From: a virus
UHGV virus genome: UHGV-0039337
Strand: one strand, 5' to 3'
Length of the DNA stretch: 64,000 bases
Part shown: in pieces, positions 1 to 10,576 of the stretch
Position numbering within the stretch: the first letter of the stretch is position 1
Layout of the letters: every line of letters begins with the position of its first letter
The notes under the pieces: generated by a model
Told to the model about the DNA's origin: nothing
Seen by the model: the letters and a program-made list of their open reading frames with translations, nothing else
Databases searched by the model: none
Translations under genes and position numbers: made by a program

Positions 1-135
1 ATTGACGTAGATCCAAATACAGGTTATATAATATCTAAAACATCGTCTCAATCTTATGGTGGATTATATTCTAATGATGTAACAACTAATTTAAATAGAA
101 CACATAAAACGTCTAATGATACAGATACAAAATAA
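1..135 (+). CDS. 3' end of an upstream ORF (partial, enters from the window edge); C-terminal tail ...NDTDTK*
   Basis: Open frame 1 from position 1 to TAA at 133-135. A terminator hairpin follows immediately. Confidence 0.5.
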   Translation: MDVDPNTGYIISKTSSQSYGGLYSNDVTTNLNRTHKTSNDTDTK

Positions 136-167
136 TGGGTCAATAAATTATTGACCCATTTATTGTG
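136..167 (+). terminator. Rho-independent terminator
   Basis: Perfect 10-bp inverted repeat tgggtcaata-aat-tattgaccca, followed by a T-rich tract tttattgtg. Confidence 0.7.
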
Positions 168-194
168 TAATAATATTTTGAAGGTGGTGAGCTA

Positions 195-932
195 ATGTTA
201 CAAGGTATGAGAACAGGCTTTTTACTTTATCCAAATAGTGCAGATAGAATCTTGCCTATTACACATATTAATTTGGTATTGGATAATGATGGTAAATCTA
301 TACAAAACAAATTTAATCATTGGAATGAAGTAATAGCTAATTTAGAGACTAGCATGAGCGATGGTAGAGTATTGAGCGTTGATACTCATGATCAATTATT
401 GGCTTTAAAAATAGATAAATTAAAAAACGGTGCTATATGTTATGTAGGCGACGAAGACACATATTATAGTTTCACCTCTACTGGTGGTTGGAAAATACTT
501 ACAACTGGAAGTACTGGTGAAGAAGATATATATTCTCATATTTGGGTAGGTCCAGATCCTCCAGAAGATGACACTATGTTTTGGTATGATACTAGTTCTG
601 ATGGAATTGTAGATGAAGACGATGAAAAAGATTTAATGATTATAAATAATCTATTAAATAAAATGGTGGAAATGCAAAATACTATAATCTTATTAGAAAA
701 AAGAGTTAAATACTTAGAGGATCACGGAGTAGTTAGTCCAGATAATCCACCAGTTGAAACTGAAAACAATATATTACTATTAGAAGATGGCTATACATTA
801 TTACTAGAAGATGGCACAGAGCTTTTATTAGAAGTACAAAGTATACCTCAACCGGAAAATATAAAAACTTTATTATTTGAAGATGGTACTGAATTATTAT
901 TAGAAAACGGTACTAATCTATTGTTAGAATAG
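195..932 (+). CDS. Fibre-like virion protein (245 aa) with a C-terminal repetitive LLLEDGTELLLE module
   Basis: RBS aaggtggtga 7 nt upstream of ATG. Has a W..DTS...D motif that recurs in other fibre-like proteins here (28209, 43852). Last ~50 aa are degenerate 12-aa repeats. Confidence 0.75.
   Translation: MLQGMRTGFLLYPNSADRILPITHINLVLDNDGKSIQNKFNHWNEVIANLETSMSDGRVLSVDTHDQLLALKIDKLKNGAICYVGDEDTYYSFTSTGGWKILTTGSTGEEDIYSHIWVGPDPPEDDTMFWYDTSSDGIVDEDDEKDLMIINNLLNKMVEMQNTIILLEKRVKYLEDHGVVSPDNPPVETENNILLLEDGYTLLLEDGTELLLEVQSIPQPENIKTLLFEDGTELLLENGTNLLLE
772..929 (+). repeat. Imperfect ~36-bp tandem repeats encoding (I/L)LLLEDG(Y/T)(T/E)LLLE units
   Basis: Visible in the translation as ILLLEDGYTLLLEDGTELLLE...TLLFEDGTELLLENGTNLLLE. 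Confidence 0.7.
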
Positions 933-947
933 GGAAGGAGAGACAAA

Positions 948-3569
948 ATGGCAGGCAAGAAAATAAGTGATTTAACTGAAGTACTTACAGTTGATACTGA
1001 AAATGATTACGTCGTTATAGCAAGAAGTGGCGACAATAAAAAATTAAAAGTAGCCAATATGATGGGTTCTACTAATGTTGGCGAAAATTACGTTGATTTA
1101 TTAGGAGAAGACGGTACTACAGAATATAGATTAATAATAGATCAAAATGGAAAGGCTCAAGTATTTCCTAAAGAATGCGTAACAGGACATAAATATGAAC
1201 CAGGAGACAATTTAAAAAAACCTTTAAAATCTGATAAAGTAGTAGTAGGAGCTGTAGGAGCAAAATCTGGAGACGGAGAAAAGAATGCTTCAGTAGTTGA
1301 TGTTCATGGTATAGTTATTAATCAAGCATTCGGTGGAGATGGATATTCTGCTACAGATATGAAACAAGGTACTGCATGTAGTCATAGTTTTGTTGAATTA
1401 TATAATTGTTCAAATAATCTAAATGTAAACTTATGTGGACTTTATTTACACTATAGAGGCTTCGGCTCTACAGGTACTTTAGATGCTACTTGGAAGACAT
1501 TGCCTTTAAGAGGGTTAGTGCCTCCTCGTACTTCATTTTTAATAAGAGGTAAACAACATGCGCCATTCTATAGTGATATGGTTAACTGTAAATTATATGA
1601 TTATGATCAAGAATGGATAGATGAAGCAACCAATGAACCATTAGCTTTTTCTAGTAAAGGATTCGCTTTTTATTTAAGTACTAATTCAGAACCTCCAACT
1701 ATCAATCCTGAAGCAGTTACTGTAATTAAAAATGATGCAGGTGTTGTTACTAGCACTACATATGATCAATACTATGTAGACTTATTAGGATGCGGAGGAG
1801 CTGGTGTAGATACTGCGCCACCTGCATATAATAAATTCTTTTGGAATTGTTTAAATAAAGATACAGGTGTTAGACGTATTAACTTTAGAAATAATAAAAA
1901 TAATAAATATGATACAGAACCTATAAATTATAGAACATGTGAAAAATTAGAAGATATCAAACCTAGAAGCTTACGTGATGGTTTATGGGAACAAATAGAA
2001 GATAAAATAAAGCCTAATCTTAATGCACCTAATTTAATAAATATAACTTTCGGTAAAGTTGCAACTACTAGATATTTTACTTGGCAATCAATAGTGACTA
2101 ATAGTGGATACATAAAATATAGAAAAATAAAAAATGAATCTAATGCAGTTGAAATAGGTGCATGGAAACAAGTAGAAAGTGAACGTGAAATAGTCAATAA
2201 TCATAATATTTTTATGACAATACATAGAGTTAAATTAACAGATTTAGAGCCAGGTTTATATGAATACAAATGCGGAGAAGAAGGATATTGGTCAGACATA
2301 GAACAAATGGAAATAAGAAAATATGATGATAATTCTACAATAAAAATATTATGGACTACAGATCAACAAGGTTATACAGAACAAGAATATAAAGCTTGGG
2401 ATAGTTGTGTTAAAGCGATAAGAGAACAAGATGGCGTGTATAATGATAAAGGATTACCTGTATTCGATTTTCATTTAAATACAGGAGATATATCACAAAA
2501 TGCAAGCAATTTATATGAATGGCTATATTATAGTAAATATGCAGGAGAATTCTGTAAAAACATACCTCATATGATAACTTGCGGTAATAATGATTTAGTT
2601 GAAAAGAACTATGGATTTGCATTTGAACATTATTCAACTTATGAAGATGTCCCTATGCTTAACAGTATAGCCGGTACTACTGTTTCTACTGTAGATTGTC
2701 CTATGGTATCAACTTATTCATTTGATATAGGAAATGTTCATTTTGTATCATTAAATTCAAATCAAGAATTAATGTATAATGATTATGGAATAAATGCTAC
2801 TATATTTTTAGACAAACAAGCTCGTTTTTTAGATAAAGATTTATGGGAAGTATGTCAAAGACAAACTAAACCTAAATGGATAATAGTGCTTGCTCATCTT
2901 TCTCCATTTACAGTTACTAGAGCTAAAAGATTACAGCATTGGATAGCTGTAGTAGAACATTATGAAATAGATTTATTTTTATGTGGTCATAATCATACTT
3001 ATTCAAGATCTATTCCAATTAAATGCGGATATGAAAAAACAAAATATGAAGATGCAATAAGTGAAAAAAATTATAATACATATGTAACTAAAGCTGCTAC
3101 ATATACTGAAGTAGCTGAAACTAAAAAAGATAACCAAACTGAAATAGACAGAACTGCTAATCCTACTCATGGTACTTATTATGTAATGTTCCAAGCGGGT
3201 GGTGCTAAACAAAGTGGTAAAGAAAAAGCTATAGATATAACACTGCCAGCATTTACTGGATTAGATTCTAAACATAAAAGTATTAACGCTCCTAATAGAC
3301 CATGGTGGTATGATTATAATGGAGCTTTACCTGTTCAACCATGTTATTCTACTATAGACATAACAAAAGATGCCATAACTATGAAAATGAATTATGTTAA
3401 AGATGTAGAATCAATAGCAAAAGATACTGGAATTATTTCAATAAGTAATTATAATTCAGCTAAAAATACAGTAGTTAATTTTGATAATTTAACTATTAAT
3501 CATGCTGATAGACAACCTGCTTATAGAACAGGTGGAGTTACTGCTCCTTATTATGATGAAAATAAATAA
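948..3569 (+). CDS. 873-aa virion-associated protein; C-terminal half is a calcineurin-like metallophosphoesterase domain
   Basis: RBS gggaaggagag. The N-terminus resembles a fibre-type N-terminal anchor region. Motifs in order are ILWTTDQQ (D), NTGDISQN (GD), CGNNDL (GNH[DE] variant with N for H), VLAHLSPF (H) and CGHNHTY (GHxH). Confidence 0.8.
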   Translation: MAGKKISDLTEVLTVDTENDYVVIARSGDNKKLKVANMMGSTNVGENYVDLLGEDGTTEYRLIIDQNGKAQVFPKECVTGHKYEPGDNLKKPLKSDKVVVGAVGAKSGDGEKNASVVDVHGIVINQAFGGDGYSATDMKQGTACSHSFVELYNCSNNLNVNLCGLYLHYRGFGSTGTLDATWKTLPLRGLVPPRTSFLIRGKQHAPFYSDMVNCKLYDYDQEWIDEATNEPLAFSSKGFAFYLSTNSEPPTINPEAVTVIKNDAGVVTSTTYDQYYVDLLGCGGAGVDTAPPAYNKFFWNCLNKDTGVRRINFRNNKNNKYDTEPINYRTCEKLEDIKPRSLRDGLWEQIEDKIKPNLNAPNLINITFGKVATTRYFTWQSIVTNSGYIKYRKIKNESNAVEIGAWKQVESEREIVNNHNIFMTIHRVKLTDLEPGLYEYKCGEEGYWSDIEQMEIRKYDDNSTIKILWTTDQQGYTEQEYKAWDSCVKAIREQDGVYNDKGLPVFDFHLNTGDISQNASNLYEWLYYSKYAGEFCKNIPHMITCGNNDLVEKNYGFAFEHYSTYEDVPMLNSIAGTTVSTVDCPMVSTYSFDIGNVHFVSLNSNQELMYNDYGINATIFLDKQARFLDKDLWEVCQRQTKPKWIIVLAHLSPFTVTRAKRLQHWIAVVEHYEIDLFLCGHNHTYSRSIPIKCGYEKTKYEDAISEKNYNTYVTKAATYTEVAETKKDNQTEIDRTANPTHGTYYVMFQAGGAKQSGKEKAIDITLPAFTGLDSKHKSINAPNRPWWYDYNGALPVQPCYSTIDITKDAITMKMNYVKDVESIAKDTGIISISNYNSAKNTVVNFDNLTINHADRQPAYRTGGVTAPYYDENK

Positions 3570-3590
3570 TATTAATTAGGAGTTGATTAA

Positions 3591-6500
3591 ATGCCAATTA
3601 AGAAAAAAATAAATGGTAGATGGGTCAATGTTACTGGTTCATCTACCAGTACTAATAATACTAAAGCAATCAATATTGGTATCACAGATTCATTAGGATT
3701 TTATGATACTGACAATGTGGAAGGCGCATTAGCAGAAATAGGTAATGATTTAAAAAATACTAATGCTAATATAGAAAAGGTAGCAGCAGAGCTCAAAGAC
3801 CATAAACAAAATCATCCAGGTGGAAGTGGCAGTAGTGGAGGAGCTACCTTACCTACAATAACTTCTGATTTTAAAACAACAACTTCAGATGGCAAATCGA
3901 ATATAGAAATTCCTATATTTTTTACTTCTCCTTCTTTAGGTGATGGTACTGCATATATTCTTGTTAAGAATGTAGAAATAGCTACACAACAAATACAACA
4001 AGGAAATAACACTATTATTGTGCCACCTATTGGAGCTGGTAAAAATATAAATATATCATTATATGTTAAAGATAGAGCAGGACTTATTTCTAATCAATTA
4101 ACGTGGTTAATTACTGCTGGCGGTATTGAGATGACAATAATTACTGATACAAAGGCAGATTACGATATAAATAACAGAATAGTTATATCTTATACTATAA
4201 GCTGTATTTCTAACGAAGATATATATGCTCACTTTGAAATAGATGGAAAAGATAATCAAGTTAAATCTATTAACGGATACAATAGCTATCAGTTAACTGG
4301 ATTAACTGTAGGTGTTCATAAGATTTCCTACTGGGCAGAATCTGGTGATTATAAAACCACTAGTAAATCTTTTAACTTAATAATTGTAAATGAAGATACA
4401 TTAATAGTATCTACTGAATTTGATTCAGATAAAGAATATGAAAGCGGTATACCTATTAGCATACCTTACAGAGTTTCTATAACTAAAGACGAAGACTTTA
4501 CTGTTAAAATGTATATAGACGGTAATTTAGATAAAACTATAGTTACTAGACCTACAAGTTTATATTGGTCTATAACTTCATTAGATATTGGCAATCATAC
4601 ATTGAAAATAGAAGCTATTAATGATTCGTTAAATCTTAGCAACTCTATAGAATTTGCATGTCATGTTATTGAAGGTGAATATACTAGAGTGCAGCCTGTA
4701 ATGGATGCTTCTTTACTGTGCTGGTTTGATGCCACAGACAAAACTAATAATGATAGCGATAGAGATGTATGGACAGATAAAATATTAGGTAATAAGGGTT
4801 ATTTACATAATTTTAACTATGGTTCTAACGGATGGATAACAAACGATTCTACTCATACTTCTGAACTAGTAATGGATGGTACATGTTATGTTGAAATAGA
4901 CATGACACCTTTTAAAGATAATTTTAAAAACGGTGGTACTATAGAATTGGTATTTAAAGTTAGAGATGTTGGAAATGTTGATGCAAGAGTTTTAGATATA
5001 ACAGATACAATTTCTCCTTATAAAGGCATTTATATAGACACACGTGATGCATATTTAGCAACTGAAGCAAGAACGACAACTGCCTCTATAGGTGAAGATG
5101 AGTATATACATGTTATGTATGAAATAGATAGAACTAATAAATATGCACATGTAATAGTAAATGGAGTAATTACTGGTTCATGTAAACTTAGTGATAGTGG
5201 TATAGGTACATCTGCTGTATTAGAATCTATAGCGCATACTCAAAAGATTTATCTTAATAGTCAAAAAGGCACAGATTTATTTGGTTCATGTGAAATTAAA
5301 CATTTTAGAATATATGATAGAGCATTAAGTTTTGATGAAATACTACAAAACTATTTATCTACTATTGAAGACATAAAAGTTCAAAAATCTAAAGTTGATT
5401 TTAATGATCCACTTAAGAATATAATGCCAATAATGAATATAACATGCGATCCTGAACTATTTTCTATAATGACAGATGTTAATCAAATAGAAGTTGCTAT
5501 GACTTATACATCTCCTAATGCAGATTTGTATGGACAAACATTGACAACAGCTACTAAGTGTTTAATGTATTGGCAAGGTACGTCTTCAAAAGGTTATAAT
5601 ATACATAACTATAATTTATATCTAAGAGATGACAATAGACAACCTATAGCTTATAGTCCATATCCTAATTGTATTCCTCAATCATTATTTTGCTTAAAAG
5701 CAAATTTAATGGAATCTACAAATGCTCATAACGTAGGTCTTGCAGGCTATGTTAGAAAATATTTATATACTCATAATAATCCGGCGCAAGATGCAGATCC
5801 ACGTGCATCTAGAGTTATTCAGGGATTTCCTTTCTTGTTATATATAAATGGTGAATTAGCTGGCGTATATGATTTTAATTTAGATAGATATTCGTACACA
5901 GCATTTGGCTATGATTTACCAGCTCATAAAAATAAATGCAAAGTATATGAAATATCTGCCAATACAAACAAAACTGCAGGAGCATTTATACCATGGAGTG
6001 CAGATACAGGAGTAGATGAATGGACATGGTATAAAAATGACTTTGGTGGTATATATCCAGAATCTATACAAAACTCTGTTAATGATGATTTTACTGAATT
6101 GAAAAACTTAATTAAGTTTGTACATGATTCAAATGATGAAAAATTTGTTACTGATTTTGAAACATATTTTGATAAAGAATCAGTTATCAGATATTACTTA
6201 TTTGTAATGGTTTTAGGCCTTGTTGACTCATTAGGTAAGAATGCTAAACTTGTTACTTATGATGGTGTCAAATGGTATTTTGAGTTTTATGATATGGATA
6301 CAGCCATGGGTCTAGATAATACTGGTGCAGTTAAATTTGATGTTGATATAGAAATGAGTATGGGCAAATTCAATACTGCAGAATCTACACTATGGGTAAG
6401 ATTAGATAGATTATTTCATGACGATATAGTTAATGAATATAACATGATGAGAAATCAAAACTTAACAGCTGAAAAAATATATGAGTGTATATTCACTGAC

Positions 6501-9500
6501 CAAATAGATAAAATACCTGAAAGTCAATATAATCTTAGTACTCAAAAGAAATATCTTGACACAGGTGAATATATTATGATGTCTAATGGTAACAGATATT
6601 ATGGACTTAAACGTTGGATAAAAGACAGAATTTTATATTGCGATACTTTATTTAATTACACGCCTTCTATTTCAGATTTTATTACAATACGTTCAGGTAT
6701 AACTGGAGAAGCTTATATTGATATCGAAACTTATTCTCCTATGTATTTGACTGTTAGATGGCGTAATGTAATTGACGGAACAGCTGACCAAAAACTTAAG
6801 ATAGGAAGAAATCAAAAAGTTAGATTCCAAGCTGAAGGTTTAAATATACCTTCAAACAAAGACCAAGAAATTATAATTTATGGAGCTAAACATATAAAAA
6901 GCTTTGGTCAATTAGACGGATTAATTCCTATGTATTTATATTTAAATAACGCTACAAAATTAACTAATGTAGAATGCCCGAATGATTCAGAATTATTAGT
7001 TGCTGAAATAGCTAATTGTAGTTATCTACAAAAGGTAGATTTTAGTGGCTGTAGTAGTTTAGGTACATTAGAAAAATATCAAGTTCTCGATGTTAGCGGA
7101 TGTAATAACTTAAGATATTTAAATGCATATGGTACGGTGTTAACGTCTATCAGCACTAATCAATCTGGTGGAAACTTAGTTGAAATGTATGTGCCTAAGA
7201 CATTACAAACATTATCATTGCAAAATCAATATAGTTTAAAAGTTATTGGTATACCTGGTGCGAGTACTTTAGAAAGCACTAAGCTATATGATTTAAAACA
7301 AAACGCTAGTAATATATCAAGCTTTACTCTTATCAATTGTCCTTTAGTTGAAAGATTAACTTATGCTTCAGATTTTACAGTAAACAGTAATTTCTTTGAT
7401 AATTTTACAAATGAACGTAGATCAGCAGAACTTAATTATTTAACTTATACTAAAAATGAGTGGAAACGTTTAATGTATTGGGGAAATGGTTTAGCTAACT
7501 GTTATAATATCAACATAGAAAACAGTTGTCATAATATACCTAGTATGAGCTTTAGAGGTATAAGTAATTTACAGAGTTTGAAACTTAGAGCAATGCCTGG
7601 ATTAAAAACTCTAATGCTTGGAGCTAACTGTTGTGGATACAGATATAATAATGATCCTACTTATGAATCTAATAAATATGATACAGTTGGAGAATTTGAT
7701 TGGGATACATTAAGTATAATAGATTGTCCTAATATAGAAGAATTTAGAATACATGAAATGTATCCATATAATTGGAATGAAGGTTCTAGTGGTAACTTAA
7801 CATATTTTACCTTTAAACCTGGAACAGAATCTATTAACTTAGCTGCTAAATTTCCTAACTTAAAAATATTTGAGTGTAATTGTGCTACACAAAATATACA
7901 TCAAATAATACTTCCTCAATCATTAAAAACTATTATGACTTGTGCATGGAATAATAGACATGATGAGGGTTTTCCTAATGAAGTTAAGATAGAACAATTT
8001 AATATAGATAGTATCTATTTTGAAGGAGAGCATGAAGAAAGCTATACTGGTATAGATTTAGGAAACCACGCGTTACAAAATGTATGTATAATTGCTCCTT
8101 ATGCTTCAGAGTTAATAGGAGTTAATATCACAAATACACATGTAAATCCTATATTTAATGATTTAAAAGAAGCAGATAATGAAAATAGACCATTTGTTAC
8201 TCCTAACGGTAGGATAGATGTATCTAAATTTAAATGGAAAAATATATCTGACTGGTTTGCGTATATAGATTTTACTAAGGGAAAATGTGAAGTTATAACT
8301 CCAACTAACTGGAAAACATTCTTGGTAGGTATACAAAAGGCTAGTAGAATGTTTTATCATTGTACAAATCCTGATTTTACTTGGGAATTTGCTATGGAAT
8401 TCTTTTCTAAGATAAATACCTATTCTGATTTAAGTTATATGTATCAATATGCACAATTAGCAGATCAAGCTGATTTTGATACTGCTGCTGTAGTAATGGA
8501 AAACAAATATAATATAGGCGGATATAACTATAATATAAAACCTTTTCTAGGAACTAATCTTAAATTCGTTAAATCATTTACTTTAACAGCATGTGATGGT
8601 GCATATGCTACATTTAGTGGATGCAGCAGTTTAATTAAAGTAGGAGATTGTAAATTTACAGGATCTAGATCTAGTACATGGGGAATAAGTTATTTATTTA
8701 ATAACTGTATTGCATTAGAAGAAGTAGGAAATATAACTTCTTATGCTAATAAAAATAGTAGTTCTACTATACCAATGGATAATACATTTGAAGGTTGTAA
8801 TAAGTTAAAGAAAATAGGCACATTAGATATATCAGTTAGCAGTATGAACTGTGCTTACTATGATTGTTCTGTATTGGAAGACAATGGATTAAGTTTACCT
8901 TATATGGGAAATTGTGTAGATGTAAGAAATGCATTCTTTGGATGTTATACTTTAACTGCTATTAATTTTGAAACACTTGAAAAGGTTATATATGCTGATG
9001 CATTCTTGCGTAATTGCTATGGATTGTTATCAATACATTTACCAAGCATCAATCGTGATCATCCATTACAAGAATTCTCTAGTGCATTTTCTGGATGTAC
9101 TGCATTAAAGACTATAACTATAGAAGGAGACACATTACCTATAGGATTAAGAAATATGAGCTATGCTTATTCTAATTGTCCATCATTAACTAACGTAATA
9201 CCAGTTCCTTCAGATTTTGTAAATGATGTAGACATGAGTGGATGTTGTAGTCGTTGTAGTTCATTAACAGATGATGCTATATATAAAGAAATACCATTTA
9301 GAGTTGTTAATACCAATTATATGTATGAACGTTGCAATAGTTTAATTTCTCCAACAGTTAATTTATTATGTGACAATGTAACTTCAAAACAAATGTTTAG
9401 ATATTGTGAAAATATGACTAGTTTAACAGTCAATTATAATGGACGTTTATTGCGTGATACTACTTTCTTTGCAGAATATTGCAACAGATTACAAACCGTT

Positions 9501-10040
9501 AATTTTAAATTCCCTAGCGCACTTGTAATGCATGAATACTATGGAACTGGAGTTACTTATTATAATATGTTCCAATATTGTGGTAGTTTATCTATAGTAA
9601 ATCTTAACATGTCTAAATTAGCAGATACTAATTCTAAAGCAGATTTTGGTAGCATGTTCTATGAAGATAAATATATTACAGAAATTCATGGATTAGATTT
9701 TGCTTATCTTAAAAAACCTATACGTAATTTTACTTCTAGTGGTCAAAGTCCTTACGATTGGCATGACACTTCTATTACATATGGTGGTACATATGAAAAC
9801 TTAACAACTTTAGATGTTACAGGTAAATTAACAACAAGCTATAACTTTAAAAATATTGCTACCATGGTTCATACTAAAGTTATTTTACGACACTTAGATA
9901 AAGTAACAAATGAAACATTAGGATTGACATATAATATAGTTGATGCCATAGATGATGAAAAAACAGAATCAGTAGATCAAGAATTAAAAGAATTAGCTAA
10001 TACAGCATTAAGCAATGGTTGGTCATTCATTATAGTATAA
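3591..10040 (+). CDS. 2149-aa multidomain giant protein: tandem Ig-like repeats, LamG (concanavalin-A-like lectin) domain, CotH-like domain and BspA-type leucine-rich repeat region
   Basis: RBS ttaggagttgatt. The LamG signature is the closing motif IKHFRIYDRALSFDEILQNY (~aa 570). The CotH-like motif YYLFVMVLGLVDSLGKNAKLVTYDGVKWYFEFYDMDTAMG (~aa 870-900) matches the CotH W..IPWDxD..G core. The BspA-type LRRs show repeated F.GC.sL..I..v.. units (FSGCSSLIKVG, FEGCNKLKKIG, FFGCYTLTAINF, FSGCTALKTITI, YSNCPSLTNVI, FQYCGSLSIVNL) from ~aa 1100-1950. Confidence 0.85.
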   Translation: MPIKKKINGRWVNVTGSSTSTNNTKAINIGITDSLGFYDTDNVEGALAEIGNDLKNTNANIEKVAAELKDHKQNHPGGSGSSGGATLPTITSDFKTTTSDGKSNIEIPIFFTSPSLGDGTAYILVKNVEIATQQIQQGNNTIIVPPIGAGKNINISLYVKDRAGLISNQLTWLITAGGIEMTIITDTKADYDINNRIVISYTISCISNEDIYAHFEIDGKDNQVKSINGYNSYQLTGLTVGVHKISYWAESGDYKTTSKSFNLIIVNEDTLIVSTEFDSDKEYESGIPISIPYRVSITKDEDFTVKMYIDGNLDKTIVTRPTSLYWSITSLDIGNHTLKIEAINDSLNLSNSIEFACHVIEGEYTRVQPVMDASLLCWFDATDKTNNDSDRDVWTDKILGNKGYLHNFNYGSNGWITNDSTHTSELVMDGTCYVEIDMTPFKDNFKNGGTIELVFKVRDVGNVDARVLDITDTISPYKGIYIDTRDAYLATEARTTTASIGEDEYIHVMYEIDRTNKYAHVIVNGVITGSCKLSDSGIGTSAVLESIAHTQKIYLNSQKGTDLFGSCEIKHFRIYDRALSFDEILQNYLSTIEDIKVQKSKVDFNDPLKNIMPIMNITCDPELFSIMTDVNQIEVAMTYTSPNADLYGQTLTTATKCLMYWQGTSSKGYNIHNYNLYLRDDNRQPIAYSPYPNCIPQSLFCLKANLMESTNAHNVGLAGYVRKYLYTHNNPAQDADPRASRVIQGFPFLLYINGELAGVYDFNLDRYSYTAFGYDLPAHKNKCKVYEISANTNKTAGAFIPWSADTGVDEWTWYKNDFGGIYPESIQNSVNDDFTELKNLIKFVHDSNDEKFVTDFETYFDKESVIRYYLFVMVLGLVDSLGKNAKLVTYDGVKWYFEFYDMDTAMGLDNTGAVKFDVDIEMSMGKFNTAESTLWVRLDRLFHDDIVNEYNMMRNQNLTAEKIYECIFTDQIDKIPESQYNLSTQKKYLDTGEYIMMSNGNRYYGLKRWIKDRILYCDTLFNYTPSISDFITIRSGITGEAYIDIETYSPMYLTVRWRNVIDGTADQKLKIGRNQKVRFQAEGLNIPSNKDQEIIIYGAKHIKSFGQLDGLIPMYLYLNNATKLTNVECPNDSELLVAEIANCSYLQKVDFSGCSSLGTLEKYQVLDVSGCNNLRYLNAYGTVLTSISTNQSGGNLVEMYVPKTLQTLSLQNQYSLKVIGIPGASTLESTKLYDLKQNASNISSFTLINCPLVERLTYASDFTVNSNFFDNFTNERRSAELNYLTYTKNEWKRLMYWGNGLANCYNINIENSCHNIPSMSFRGISNLQSLKLRAMPGLKTLMLGANCCGYRYNNDPTYESNKYDTVGEFDWDTLSIIDCPNIEEFRIHEMYPYNWNEGSSGNLTYFTFKPGTESINLAAKFPNLKIFECNCATQNIHQIILPQSLKTIMTCAWNNRHDEGFPNEVKIEQFNIDSIYFEGEHEESYTGIDLGNHALQNVCIIAPYASELIGVNITNTHVNPIFNDLKEADNENRPFVTPNGRIDVSKFKWKNISDWFAYIDFTKGKCEVITPTNWKTFLVGIQKASRMFYHCTNPDFTWEFAMEFFSKINTYSDLSYMYQYAQLADQADFDTAAVVMENKYNIGGYNYNIKPFLGTNLKFVKSFTLTACDGAYATFSGCSSLIKVGDCKFTGSRSSTWGISYLFNNCIALEEVGNITSYANKNSSSTIPMDNTFEGCNKLKKIGTLDISVSSMNCAYYDCSVLEDNGLSLPYMGNCVDVRNAFFGCYTLTAINFETLEKVIYADAFLRNCYGLLSIHLPSINRDHPLQEFSSAFSGCTALKTITIEGDTLPIGLRNMSYAYSNCPSLTNVIPVPSDFVNDVDMSGCCSRCSSLTDDAIYKEIPFRVVNTNYMYERCNSLISPTVNLLCDNVTSKQMFRYCENMTSLTVNYNGRLLRDTTFFAEYCNRLQTVNFKFPSALVMHEYYGTGVTYYNMFQYCGSLSIVNLNMSKLADTNSKADFGSMFYEDKYITEIHGLDFAYLKKPIRNFTSSGQSPYDWHDTSITYGGTYENLTTLDVTGKLTTSYNFKNIATMVHTKVILRHLDKVTNETLGLTYNIVDAIDDEKTESVDQELKELANTALSNGWSFIIV

Positions 10041-10051
10041 GGAGTGATTAT

Positions 10052-10324
10052 ATGAGAGTATATAAAAACAGTTTAGGTATAACATGTATAGAACCAGCTG
10101 ATGGATATTTGCTAAGTAAGAACGGACAAACTTTTAAAAAAGCATGCTTAGGTAAAAATGATAGAGCTGAGTTATATACAGAAATAAAAAATGAAGATGT
10201 TGGACATGAAATTCAAAATACTACCTTTGATGTATCTGATAACATGATATTAATAAGTCCAAACGGAAAACGATTTAAATTAGTCGTCAATAACGATGGC
10301 TCATTAAGTACTAAAGAGATATAG
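10052..10324 (+). CDS. Small hypothetical protein (90 aa)
   Basis: ATG at 10052 preceded by RBS taaggagtgatt. The ORF track start at 10019 lacks an RBS and overlaps the preceding gene. Confidence 0.6.
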   Translation: MRVYKNSLGITCIEPADGYLLSKNGQTFKKACLGKNDRAELYTEIKNEDVGHEIQNTTFDVSDNMILISPNGKRFKLVVNNDGSLSTKEI

Positions 10325-10330
10325 TATACA

Positions 10331-10357
10331 GGGCCGGATTAATTCCGGTCCTTTTAT
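10331..10357 (+). terminator. Rho-independent terminator
   Basis: gggccgga-ttaa-ttccggtcc forms an 8-bp stem with one G.U wobble, followed by ttttat. Confidence 0.75.
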
Positions 10358-10409
10358 ATGTATTTGTATTTTACGTAATTCTATTATAAATAATAATTTA
10401 AAGGAGGTC

Positions 10410-10535
10410 ATTACACCTACTAATAATTATAATCCAGCTACCAAGAAATATGTTGACGACAAATCAGTAATAATCGATACAGATTTAAATACTGCTATAG
10501 CTAATATATTTGGATCAGATTATTCTATCTTATAA
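10410..10535 (+). pseudogene. Decayed N-terminal fragment of a tail-fibre gene (no start codon)
   Basis: The open frame reads ITPTNNYNPATKKYVDDKSVIIDTDLNTAIANIFGSDYSIL*. ATKKYVDD matches ATKKYVDN in the 15229 fibre and the KAYVD fibre motif. It sits after an RBS-like aaaggaggtc but begins at ATT. Confidence 0.5.
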
Positions 10536-10544
10536 TAATATAAA

Positions 10545-10576
10545 TAGAGCCGTTTTATTCGGCTCTTTTTTATGTA
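10545..10576 (+). terminator. Rho-independent terminator
   Basis: agagccg-ttttatt-cggctct is a perfect 7-bp stem, followed by tttttat. Confidence 0.75.
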
